Source: Nemertoderma westbladi (Eukaryota; Animalia; Xenacoelomorpha). Taken from it: DNA of 64,000 nucleotides. Position numbers and translations under genes: made by a program. Positions 1-11,548 of the stretch are shown in pieces. The notes under the pieces were generated by a model that searched no databases, was not told the DNA's origin, and was given only the letters and a program-made list of their open reading frames with translations. The DNA is taken from positions 76,188-140,187 of the forward strand of contig JAUCBJ010008794.1 in assembly GCA_032718475.1 (NCBI GenBank). The letters run 5' to 3'. How positions within the stretch are numbered: position 1 is the stretch's first letter; every line of letters starts with the position of its first letter.

Positions 1-89
1 CTCGAAAGAAAAGACATTAAAGAAACAAATAAACGCGGTAACTCCAACATATATTTGGAATTCTTGATAGAAGCATTGTAACAACAAAT

Positions 90-1050
90 AAATATCACCC
101 GCGTTTCCCCTACCAGACGTGCGTCTTTGGTATTATTATGATAAATGCCCTAGACCCAACTAATAAACGGAAAGACATAAACATCCACGGAAACGTTGTG
201 TTAAACACAGTTGTGCTCGTTATATTTACTGGAGTTTCGAGCGAAACTTGTTTGACGTATCACCTATGCTCACTCGGCTCGAACGATCCTGGAGTAAACC
301 TACGATCAGAGTCCCGGAATACTCGGTCAAACCTCCTCATTCCTTAGTTGGACCTCAGACCTGCGATCCTGGTGGTGTCGCGGATCCTCGCGGACTGTAT
401 TCACTGTTCAAAGATCTAGTGCTACCCTAACAATTAATCGGTAACACTCCGACAGTGATTTCTAGCTAGCCGCCCATCTTACCTAGCCGGATTGTGACGC
501 GGACATTTAATATCGCCGTTTAACCCTTACCATCGTCCCGGCTTGACACGATATAACCTGTCACCAGAGTGGCGGAGAACGTTGTACCAAACGAGTTAAA
601 CGCTATTCTACAAAGATCAGAAAGGAAACCTACGTTTGTTCAGATAAACGTAAGTTATAACAGCAAGTCCAAGCGATAAACGAATTGTCTTTATCTCAGT
701 TCGATTGTGAAATCCAGAATCTCTAAGAAGATATCGCACTTAGACAACCCCATTCTCTGCGAGAGTTTTTGGATGAACGTATCCAGCTACGAGCGGAGGA
801 AAATCAGCTCGAGGAGAAGCATATCGAAACGGTGGATACCCCGACCATAATCCTACACCTTCTGATGCAATCATATTGCACCCTTCACCCAGGATTTATA
901 GCCCTCCTAGTAAAGTGGCTCCCCCCAAAGGTTATTTTTCCTTATTTTTCCCGTAAAGTACTCTGTAGTTGGTTTACCAGGCATAAAAAGGCCGTGTCCT
1001 TGCTGTACTGGTGTTTTAGCGGACATAAAAGCTATTTCTTCTGTATTTGT
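90..1050 (+). mobile_element. Fragment of the BEL-associated LTR/terminus family with decayed cargo ORF A
   Basis: Collinear with the reverse complement of ~8380-9210 (SPAFPLxDVRLWYY..., LFKDLVLPxQLIG..., EIQNL*). From ~829 it also matches 23200 onward (cttctgatgcaatcatattgcacccttcacccagga). Several stops. Confidence 0.8.
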
Positions 1051-1093
1051 ACTTTAGAGGACATAATAATAATTAGATTAATAATTATATCAT

Positions 1094-1153
1094 AAAGCCA
1101 ACCAACCACCAAGGTTAAGGGGGGGCCCTTAACCTTGGTGGTTGGTTGGCTTT
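1094..1153. repeat. Perfect 28-bp inverted repeat with 4-nt loop at a LINE breakpoint
   Basis: aaagccaaccaaccaccaaggttaaggg-gggg-cccttaaccttggtggttggttggcttt. Confidence 0.95.
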
Positions 1154-2125
1154 TCCGCCCAGTAAGCAGATTGATCGATTTCCATGCCTGGGATGATTGC
1201 CTGCTGTCGTCAGCATCATTGATGGCATCAACCTGTTGGTTTATTAGCTCCTGTAGATTAACAGAGTACTGCCTGTTCAGGGACCTAGATGCAGCCTTAA
1301 CTGCATTCTTGGCCGCTGTAGTCTGTTTGAGTCGGGACTCTTTCTGCGCCTTATGAAGGTCATTTCGGCACTTCTGAATTTTGTTGTCAGTCCAGGGGGC
1401 CCTTTTCCTGTTTCGAGGGTATACAGGAACTGTTTCTGCAGCTGCTAACTTAACTGCTTCTGTAAAGGCAGTATAGCCCTCACAGTGATCTGCCGCCTCA
1501 GAGGCAATCGAGGCCTCATACCTGTTGCTCAGCTGTAGTGTGAACCTGGATCTCACACTTGGCTGTTGCAACAGAGAGGACCAGTCATGCCGCGGCAAGG
1601 CAGATTTCGTTATTCTGCTAGCACGCAGACTAAGTCTTACCTTGGCCACAATAAGGCGGTGATCACTGGAGAAGGGTCGAAGTGTAAATGCATTACAGTC
1701 TTGTATAGAGCTCCTGTATTTCCTACGAAACAGAATATGGTCTATCTGGGACTTGTGACCACTGGGTCCACTTCCACTATGAGTCCATAGCTTTCCAGTC
1801 GCTTCTTGAACTGGGTTCCAGCCGAAAACAATCCATTTCCAGAGATAAAATCCTGAAGATGGACAGAATTTCGGTTAACACTATTGCTATAGACCCAGGG
1901 CGATGTAGGTGATTGATGCAGACTTGCATTAAAGTCTCCCAGGAATGTTAAGAATGCATGCTGATCCACGCCATCAGTAGCTGCTTGTAGATTGTGGTAG
2001 AAATTTTCCACCTCCTCTACAGGGGCAACACTAGTTGGAGAGTAGCACACAATCAGAACCACCTTAGGAAACTTCTTAGCCAGTCTTCCAGAACATGAGA
2101 AGTGGCAACGGATGATGCGGTTAGA
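1126..2125 (-). mobile_element. RTE-like non-LTR retrotransposon fragment (APE endonuclease and linker), degenerate
   Basis: Minus-strand RISNRII..VLIVCYSPT..ENFY..LGDFNA..N-NS..L.DF..FKKR, then AKVRLSLR..FTLQLSNRYE..PWT..AWKSINLLTGRK. Broken frames, no RT. Confidence 0.8.
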
Positions 2126-2918
2126 GATCCGTCATGGATGTTGGACGGATCCATCATGGATGTTGGACGGATCCGTCATGGATGTTGGACGGATCCATCA
2201 AGGATGTTGGACGGATCCATCATGGATGTTGGACGGATCCGTCATGGATGTTGGACGTATCCGTCATGGATGTTGGACGGATCCATCATGGATGTTGGAC
2301 GGATCCATCATGTATGTTGGACGGATTCATCATGGATGTTGGACGGATCCATCATGGATGTTGGACGGATCCGTCATGGATGTTGGACGGATCCATCATG
2401 GATGTTGGACGGATCCATCATGGATGTTGGACGGATCCATCATGGATGTTGGACGGATCCATCATGGATGTTGGACGGATCCGTCATGGATGTTGGACGG
2501 ATCCGTCATGGATGTTGGACGGATCCATCATGGATGTTGGACGGATCCATCATGGATGTTGGACGGATCCATCATGGATGTTGGACGGATCCATCATGGA
2601 TGTTGGACGGATCCATCATGGATGTTGGACGGATCCGTCATGGATGTTGAACGGATCCATCATGGATGTTGGACGGATCTGTCATGGATGTTGGACGGAT
2701 CCATCATGGATGTTGGACGGATCCATCATGGATGTTGGACGGATCCATCATGGATGTTGGACGGATCCGTCATGGATGTTGGACGGATCCGTCATGGATG
2801 TTGGACGGAGCTATCATGGATGTTGGACGGATCCATCATGGATGTTGGACGGATCCGTCATGGATGTTGGAAGGATCCGTCATGGATGTTGGACGGATCC
2901 ATCATGGATGTTGGATGG
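2126..2918. repeat. 22-bp tandem repeat, ~36 copies
   Basis: Unit (at)cc[a/g]tcatggatgttggacggat. Accounts for the repetitive ORFs at 2102-2953. Confidence 0.97.
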
Positions 2919-3713
2919 ATATATTTCGAATAATTTTAGATAGATTTCGATAGATAGATTTCGTAATTTGCTTCATTATCAATGCCTACTACACATAGTT
3001 CTATCGAAATACGAAAATAAGTGGCCTAATTTGTAATGATTGGAAATTGCAGAATAAAACTAGCACAAAATCGCACAGACTAAATACTGAAATAGCACGG
3101 CGGTACTCTACTACTATAATAACAGTGGCCTTCTACGTCCTACATACAGAAGCTAGGGACCCCCAATTATTCTACTACATTACATATTTCTCAATAGCAG
3201 TCTTACATATGTTTCCTTACATTTTCAGATATCACTAAATTCTATATAGTAATTTCACTTTGCTACTAATGGGCTACAGTATTATTTAATATAATTAAGG
3301 ATAACAAAATGTAGCATTTTATAGCGGTTTGTATATTCGCTATATGTACAAATTCTATATATAGAAATAATCTGTGTTTTTAAAGATATCTCGAAATGCT
3401 ACCATCACCACTCCCAAAGTTTAATAATATACAGTATAAGTAGCATAGCCGTCAAATCTTCCCATCAACTGAAGGGTTTTTGTATATTCAGTTTCAGAAT
3501 ACAAAAATTATATGTATATTGACCATAGCAGCCGAACCATGATGATTTGCAAAAAGCAATTTGTTTCTAATGTTAAACATTTTGATTTATTCAATAATAA
3601 AATAGTTAAATAAAATGTATTATATAATAAAATTAAAATATAAGAAATGTTAATATAAAACTATATGTATGTCTTTGAAATATATATTAGTGACGGTTCT
3701 GCTACATTTTGTG

Positions 3714-3977
3714 TATATATATATATAATATATATGTATTATATATATATATATAATATATATGTATTATATATATATATATAATATATATGTATTATAT
3801 ATATATATATAATATATATGTATTATATATATATATAATATATATGTATTATATATATATATATAATATATATGTATTATATATATATATATAATATATA
3901 TGTATTATATATATATATAATATATATGTATTATATATATATATATAATATATATGTATTATATATATATTATATAT
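3714..3977. repeat. (TA)n-based compound microsatellite with ~30-bp period
   Basis: ataatatatatgtatt(at)n repeated about 8 times. Confidence 0.92.
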
Positions 3978-4129
3978 TTTATAGGTGAGTTTGTAAAATT
4001 TCCAAATTGGGTTACCCATATCGAACCAATGCCCAAATTTTTAAATGCTTTAAAATGCTTATAATTTTTACTCTTAAAATTAATTATTAATGCACCTTTC
4101 GAAAACGCTTGTTTCTTAATAAAGAACTA

Positions 4130-5390
4130 TGTTCGCGCTTTTAGACCTTTAGCAGTTTAACCTGCCAATTTTAGGTGTCTTCTTGTTTATAAATCGACTT
4201 TGGCCTATGACAATTATCTAATACACTAAAATAACATTAGCCGAAGCCAGTCTATGCGCGACCATTCACCCACAGTTAAGGGAGACTGGATTCGGAGGCT
4301 TTGACTTATTATTGCGTTGTAGACCTACTGTATTATTCGATTGATTGTTACTATATAATCTCTGACAATATATTCTCTTTCGGGGAAATATTAACAGTTC
4401 CTTTAGGACGTGGCGTTTTAAGTATAAAAACAGAGTTATGACTTATACTAATCACAACTAGATGTCTACTGATTTACATAAAAGGCGCATTCTTTAGGAG
4501 ATGCTTTATTACCAATCACATCACTGCACACAACTTCACACTGTTTCACACTGATCAGCCGACAGTCACTGAATTTGATCATATATAAGGAGAATAGCAA
4601 CTGACACATGTAGGGATTATGAAATAGCATTTAATTCACATGAAAACCACTATAATGTAAGTCGCAGTTGCTACAGGTAACTGGTCCCTCTTACCTTTAG
4701 TAATCAAAAAGATTGGGGTTTATGATTATTTATCGCTATTCTCCAAATACAATAACATATCCATCCATATATAACAATTATAACAAACAGTGAAATAATG
4801 CGGTGAACAATCAGTATATGATACGATAATGTGGCTGGTAATGTGACCGTGGTAATAGTTTATGTTTCGATAATCAAAGGCATCTAATGTTCTGGCCAAA
4901 GTCTGAAACTTCTACAGAAGTACAGAAGAATCCCAAGCCGGTGTTCTGGCTTAGAAAAGAGGATGACTGCTAACATACACAGACTTGCTCGGTTTACATA
5001 GCTCTTTTCCACGAAAATGAAAATCGCTCTGATTGGCTGAGCTGAGCCGAACAAAGAACACAGAGGACAAGGGAAAATTCCACGTCAGCAAATCAGCTGT
5101 TAGATGTCGTCATTTGAATTCCAGCCTTTAGAGTATTTAAGCGCATTGTGGCATAAAATTGCTTGTTATGTCCGCTAAAACACCTACACGGTACGTTGCG
5201 GAGAAAAATGGCTTGCTATATCCGCAAAAGCTTTTACACCGCTCCCAGAAAATGGGATTTGAGTCTATAAAATATACAAAATCACAGTTTCTAAAATAAA
5301 AGAATACTCTAAACTACTAGTCCTTCTTACGTGAACGGCGTTTACAAAGTTTTTTTGAGGCTAGCAAGAGTCCTTTTCTCTTTGGGGCGA
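4130..5390 (-). mobile_element. Truncated copy of the BEL-associated LTR terminus (~1.26 kb)
   Basis: Begins tgttcgcgcttttagacc at 4130, collinear with 7082-8385 and the reverse complement of 23290-24682. Homology stops at tttggggcga (5390). Confidence 0.85.
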
Positions 5391-5970
5391 CCCGGGATCC
5401 CGGTTTATCCGGTTTTAGTTCACGCGTCCCCGCCGTGTATAAAGAGTGAATGAGTTCTGATGTTTGTCGTATATAATATGATATGCAGATATAGATATAG
5501 ATATAATATTGTCGTATATGGAAGGCGGGATACGGTAACTAAAGTCCCGGTCCTTCCCTAGCTAAACTATTGTAACCTAATCTAGCACCGGTATTGCACT
5601 GAGATAACTGAATTGGTATGATTACTGCCAAGTGGCTATATTGCACGGTTGCCTTATTACTCTACCTAATCGATGCCTTTCCCCCCTCTGATTGGTTGAT
5701 ACCCTTGTTGGCGCCCTTTGGAGTGTTCCCGTTCACTCCACCTATTCTCTCTGGGTTAGGGGTTTGGCCCCTGACCCTCATTGTGTGCTTCTCCTTCCCA
5801 TTCTTATTGGGATGGCATGAGTTGGTTAATTACCCAATCTCGTGGCTCCCAATATTGCTTATCGGCTTATAACTTTATGGGGTGTTAGCGGGATTGAATA
5901 AGCTAACATCTATATTTGTTATATTTAATAATTCAATTAGTGCATACCTTTTTTACGCTATACCAATGGT

Positions 5971-5971
5971 G

Positions 5972-6006
<35 letters not shown>

Positions 6007-6261
6007 TTCTTCGGCTGCTAGGCCAGGGATTACGCACAAAGTCTGACGACTTATTTCCAGTGCGGTCCCCCCAGAACTTCACTCCCCAGAGAAAACTCCA
6101 GTACTCATTTAGCTACCACTTAAGGATGCAAGGCAGAGATGCGCCCTGGCTGATCCCTTTAAAGCATTCGTGCCGAAACGAAAACTGCCCTGGCGCATGT
6201 GAGGATCGAACCCACGACCTACGGGAGATGTGAATTCAATGCAACCACTACACCAAGGTGG
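5971..6261 (-). mobile_element. tRNA-derived SINE with homopolymer tail
   Basis: Minus strand: ccaccttggtgtagtggtt (A box), gggttcgatcctc (B box, ~6200-6213), then aaatgagtac and a T-run (A-run 5971-6003 on +). The A-run could instead be the tail of a + strand element. Confidence 0.7.
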
Positions 6262-6444
6262 AACCTATGTGTTAAATGGTGTTAAATTACTCGTCGAATG
6301 CATAACAGATTAAGAAAAGTAACAGGGAATCCCCTCATGTTATTATTTATGACGCGTCCAGCATAGTACAACTCCCTACTCCAATACTGCAGCCAATCGG
6401 ATTGCAGTATTCTTTTGTACAGGCCTCGTTTAGCTTACTAATGT

Positions 6445-7081
6445 TGTGATGCCTTGATATGGATGCCTGGCGGACGGGGCCCATTTTATTCCACCAATGG
6501 GGATCGAGAATTCCCTTAGTGTTGTTCCCTGCTTGTAGTATTATCTTTTCTAAACATAAACTTTGATATGGCACGCATCCAGCACCTTTTCCTTCACACG
6601 GAGGGGTGCATTTATGTTTTCTCTCAAAAATGCATAAAACTTAATAAAGTGCTTTTGTCTGTTTTTTAAGTCTTCCAAAAACATATCTTTAATCTTTCCG
6701 GATGAATTTAGTGACGAACCGAGGTAAATTTCAGAGTTCGAATGATTTATACTTCCGTGACTCAAAGTAAGTGGCTTGTGGTAACTTTCACCAGAATTGA
6801 TGCAGATATAGCTACATTTGGTGGGATTTAGTGTGATGAAGTTTTCTAAACAATATTTTTCCAGTGTTTCCAATTTTACTTCGGCAAGTGTTCGGCTGGT
6901 TGCTAGGACAAAGGCTGGGGCTAGATCTTCGCCCCCCCCCGGGGGCTAAAGGGGCAAGAAAAAGGCCGAAAAAACGAAACGATTGTGATGCCTTGATATG
7001 GATGCCTGGCGGACGGGGCCCATTTTATTCCACCAATGGGGATCGAAAATTCCCTTAGTTTTGTTCCCTGCTTGTAGTATT
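6445..7081. repeat. ~97-bp direct repeat (6445-6541 and 6985-7081)
   Basis: gtgatgccttgatatggatgcctggcggacggggccc...ccctgcttgtagtatt occurs twice with ~2 differences. Confidence 0.9.
6550..6873 (-). mobile_element. LINE RT C-terminal fragment
   Basis: LEKYC..ITLNPTKC..EIYLGS..KEKVLDAC resembles non-LTR RT domains 6-7 and the thumb. Confidence 0.65.
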
Positions 7082-8579
7082 TGTTCGCGCTTTTAGACCT
7101 TTAGCAGTTTAACCTGCCAATTTTTGGTGTCTTCTTGTTTATAAATCGACTTTAGCCTATGACAATTATTTATTACACTGAAATAACATTAGCCGAAGCC
7201 AGTCTATGCGCGACCATTCACCCACTGTTAAGGGAGACTGGATTCGGATGCTTGGACTTATTATTGCGTTGTAGACCTACTGTATTATTCGATTGATTGT
7301 TACTATATAATCTCTGACAATATATTTACTTTCGGGGAAATATTAACAGTTCCTTTAGGACGTGGCGCTTTAAGTATAAAAGCAGAGTTATGACTTATAC
7401 TAATCACAACTAGATGGCTACTGAGTTACGTAAAAGGCGCATTCTTTAGGAGATGCTTTATTACCTGTCACACTGCTTCACACGACTTCACACTACCTCA
7501 CACTGATCTGCCGACCGTCACTGAATTTGATCATATATAAGGAGGATAGCAACTGACACATGTAGGGATTATGAAATAGCATTTAATTCACACAAAACCA
7601 CTATAATGTAAGTCGCAATTGCTACTGGTAACCTATCCTCTCACCTTCAGTAATCAAGAAGATTGGGGTTTTATGATTCTTTATCGGTGTTCTCCAAATA
7701 TAACAATATATCCATCAACATATATAACAATTAATAACCAACAGTAAAATAAGGCGGTGAACAATCAGTATGTGTTACTTAGTGCAACAGCAGTTGATAT
7801 GGTTAGGTGATATGTAGTCAGGTAACAGTTTTACGTTTCGATAATCCAAGCCATCTAATGTTCTGGTCAAAGTCTGAAACTTCTACAGAAGCACAGAAGA
7901 ATCCTAAGCCGGTGTTCTGGGCTTAGAAAAGATAACAACAACACTGAATTGCGTGGGTTTCTGTAGGCCCCTTTCAACGCAAAGTGAAAATCGCTCTGAT
8001 TGGCCGAACAGAACAAAGAAAAAGCTCCACGAGTACAGTAAATCAGCTGGTAGATGTCGTCATCTGAATTCCAGTCTTAGAGTATTAAGCGCATTGCGGC
8101 AAAAATGGCTTGTTTTGTCCGCCAAAGCATACATGCAGACACAGCGGGTAAAAATGGCTTGTTATGTCCGCTAAAACACCTACACAGTATATTGCGGAGA
8201 AAAATGGCTTGTTATGTCCGCAAAAGCTTTTACACCGCTCCCAGAAAATGGGATTTGAGTCTATAAAATATATAAAATCACAGTTTCTAAAATATAAAAA
8301 ATCCTCTAAACTACTAGTCCTTCTTACGTGAATGGTGTTTACGAAGTTTTTTGAGGCTAGCCAGAGTTCTTTTCTCTTTGGGGCGAGCCACTTTACTAGG
8401 AGGGCTATAACTCCTGGGTGAAGGGTGCAATACAATTGCATCGGAAGGTTTAGGGTTACGGTCGATGTCTCGTCCATTTCGATATGCTTCTCCTCGAGCT
8501 GATTTTCCTCCGTTTGTCATTGGATGCGTTCGTCCAAAAACTCTCGCAGAGAATAGGGTTGTCCAAGTTCGATAACTTC

Positions 8580-9829
8580 TTAGAGATTCTGGATTTCCCG
8601 ATCGAACTGAGATAAAGCTAATTCGTTTACCACTTGGACTTGCTGCTGCAATTTAAGTTTATCTGAACAAGCGTAGGTTCCTTTTCTGATCTTTTGCCGA
8701 ATAGTGTCTAATGCGTTTCGTACAACGCTCTCCTCCACCTCGGTGACAGGTTGTATCGGGGTTAAACCGGGACGATTATACGGGTTGAACGGCGATATTA
8801 AATGTCCGCATCCCAATCCGGCTAGGTAGGATGGGCGGATATCTAGAGAGCCCACTACCTGAGTGCCACCGATTAATTGTTCGGGTAACACTAGATCTTT
8901 GAACAGTGAGTGCAGTTCATTACACCATTAGGATCAAGAGTTTGAGGTCTCACTAGGGAATGAGGAGGTCTGATCGAGTATTCCGGAACTCTGATCATGG
9001 GTTTATTTAAGGATCGTTTGAGTCGAGCGAGCGTAGGTGACACGTCGAACAAGTTTCGCTCGAAACTCCCATAGGTATAACGAATAAAACTGTGTTTAGC
9101 GCAACGTCTCCGCGGATGTTTATGTCTTTCTGTTTGCTGGTTGGGTCTAGGGCATTCATCACAATAATACCAAAGACGCACGTCCTATAGGGGAAACGCG
9201 GGTGATCGTTCTCCAGTTTTACAATATTCCTCCATCTGTTCGAAGCTATCCGGGACAACAGGTAGCGGTCGATCGGCGGTAAGATACATCATAGTGAAAT
9301 AGAGCCATTTGAGTTCTATCATAGGGTCATGATGTATACCTTGAGGATATCGAGTTTCTAGATTTTGTTGACTGGCAATATTGAGATATGTTTCTCTCAA
9401 GACTTCCAGATATTCGTTGAAGTCGCTGCGTTTATCCGGCTCTTCAACGTCTTCCATTTCGAGTCGGTTTCGAATAGAATTCTCGTGTTCGATTCTCGGT
9501 TTGTCATTCCGACTCCACTGGGTATGATATTTAAATAGAACCATTTCCCTTTCGGTGTCTACATCGTCCGTATCGTGTAAATCAATAGGATGACCAGTAG
9601 TTATGAAGTCCATATACGTACCATTACGATGCGTATAGAGAGCGGTGAATTTTCTATAGTCCAATTCACGCGTGAGTTGTTCCTTGGACATTGGCGGTTC
9701 GATATAATGGCCATCATCCTCCGTAGCAGTGGGACTAGCGTCGCCGCGTATTAAGCCATCAACAAACGATTGCAACGGTAGGGTATATCGCTCCTTGATA
9801 CCAAGATCATCTTCTATCAACTCAGTCAT
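8580..9829 (-). pseudogene. Cargo ORF A (~415 aa reconstructed), unknown protein
   Basis: ORFs 9185-9829 and 8891-9181 are one frame split by TAG (a sense codon in the copy at ~115). 8580-8891 joins through a frameshift absent from that copy. Both copies stop at EIQNL*. Contains CDEC..H.H....C..H. Confidence 0.65.
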
Positions 9830-10663
9830 AGCTGTTATATGAGTTTATCAATATTATAATTAATTATAATTAGGCTAGCGGTCGTCGCTGCCTACCCCTC
9901 ACTGCCCCCGGACAGCGCAAGGTCCTCAGCGCTGATGTACTGTCGCCGCTGTGCCTCTCGCCAACGTAGTAGCAACACAACAACAACAATACCCAGCGCG
10001 AGTCACTCCACTGTCCGTCCCAAGGGCTTAGATTTACTTCAGGTTCTTACTGCAGAGGTAGGGCTACTTTCACAACTGCGACTCGCTACTGTAAACACAC
10101 TTTAGTAGTAACATTCACCTATAAACGCACAAATTCCACACAACTGTCACAAATTGTACACATTCTGTCACACATTCGGGTCATTTGTCCGTTAGTCAAG
10201 TGCCTTCCAGAATGTCACGTTATTATTATGTATCCCTGGATACTAGCAGTGTGCTATTTATTCCGTATGCTATTCAATGGGCAAGCTTTTTATTGTTCTT
10301 TTAACTCACTTCTAATTCTAGCGTGGTTGTTGCTATGGTGACATTATGGAAAGCTAGCGGTAGAATTAGGGTAATTCTCATGCATACAGATCTGGGATGC
10401 TATTTAATAGTAATTCTTTAATTGTCAATATTCCCCTTTATACATGATTTTATGAATTTTATCGGCTATTGACTATATATTGGAGATTCTCACACACTAA
10501 TACACTTAATAGGGTGAATCTCCGCTCCCATGATCCATTAATTAATGGAATTTTGGGAATGTTATAAATTGTATAAAAATGACAATTTATCAAATTCATT
10601 AAAAGAGATGAATTTAAATTTATTCCCGTAAATTTTATTATTTAATGTTGGAATAAGCACAAT

Positions 10664-11021
10664 TTTATTCCAGAGCATGTCTGGGGACTGGGATCCTTGA
10701 TTCTAGAAAATTTGTCCTTTTAAGAGTATCGGTAAGTGCTACGATATCTTAATCGACTAGAATTTTAAAGGATCTAAAATTTAACAGATTTTAATTTATA
10801 GATTTTCTAGAGTTAACTTGTAAGTATTTACTCTATTGTATTTGTTGGACAGATTTTATAAATATTAATAGTTAATATTTAAGATGGGCACCGGTTTATT
10901 CCAGAACTTGTCTGGGGACGTTAACCACTGATTCTAGAATTTTGTCTTTCAAGTATATCGGTGGGTGCCACGATATCTTAATCGACTAGAATTACAGATG
11001 GTCAAAGGGTTTAACAGATTT
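10664..11021. repeat. Diverged ~125-bp direct repeat pair inside the putative LTR
   Basis: ttattccaga..tgtctggggac..tgattctagaa..cgatatcttaatcgactagaatt..tttaacagattt at ~10664-10790 and ~10897-11021. Confidence 0.85.
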
Positions 11022-11548
11022 ATTTGCGTTGTACGCTACTGTTAAAGGGACATCATGCTACTATATGTATTATTTAATATGCGGTATGAGAGCAATATTG
11101 CAAGAAGCAATGTCAGTGAGAAGAGGCAAGTCGTTTCCAAGGTCTACCCAGAGCTTGGTTTAGCTGAGACACGAGGATCTGAACTTTGCATTCCTAATAC
11201 TCTACTTACCAATAATACTTGAATATAGTAGGAGCTTTATTGTACTTTAATAAGTACGGACATTTCATCTTACTGTAGTCACGTATTTATAATATGATAT
11301 GGACAGTAAGGAAAGAGAAAAAGAATTATTTCTCGCCGTTGCACTAAATATATAATATAATATAAGTAAGTAAGTAATAAACACTAATATATATTGCACT
11401 AATCTACTAAATAATCGCTAAAATATCATTCTGCTAAATAAAATTAAAGAAAACGATTATAATCAAATTACATAATAATACATACATAAATATAAAATAA
11501 TAAAAACAAATATAAAATAATATAGTCACACACCCACTCCAGATGCTG

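Larger units (their letters stand above)
7082..11530 (-). mobile_element. Putative ~4.45-kb 3' LTR (or 3' accessory region plus LTR) of the BEL/Pao element
   Basis: On the minus strand the pol stop (11549) is followed by purine-rich GGAGTGGGTG (11540-11531), then TGTGAC. The unit ends ...AAAAGCGCGAACA at 7082, the same terminus seen at 4130 and 24682. Confidence 0.55.

Noticed and set aside
2102-2953. Repetitive ORFs (MDVGRIHHGCWTDPSW)n
   Set aside because: Translation of a stop-free 22-bp repeat in all three frames.
5618-5872. Hydrophobic 84-aa ORF
   Set aside because: No recognisable motif; lies in unclassified repeat-like DNA.
6190-6261. tRNA gene
   Set aside because: A and B boxes are present, but I could not build a convincing cloverleaf and it continues into a SINE-like body.
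8314-8520. Shared C-terminal peptide (PSDAIxLHPSP..RKKD) as part of ORF A
   Set aside because: Both ORF A copies stop earlier at EIQNL*; coding status in this subfamily is unsupported.
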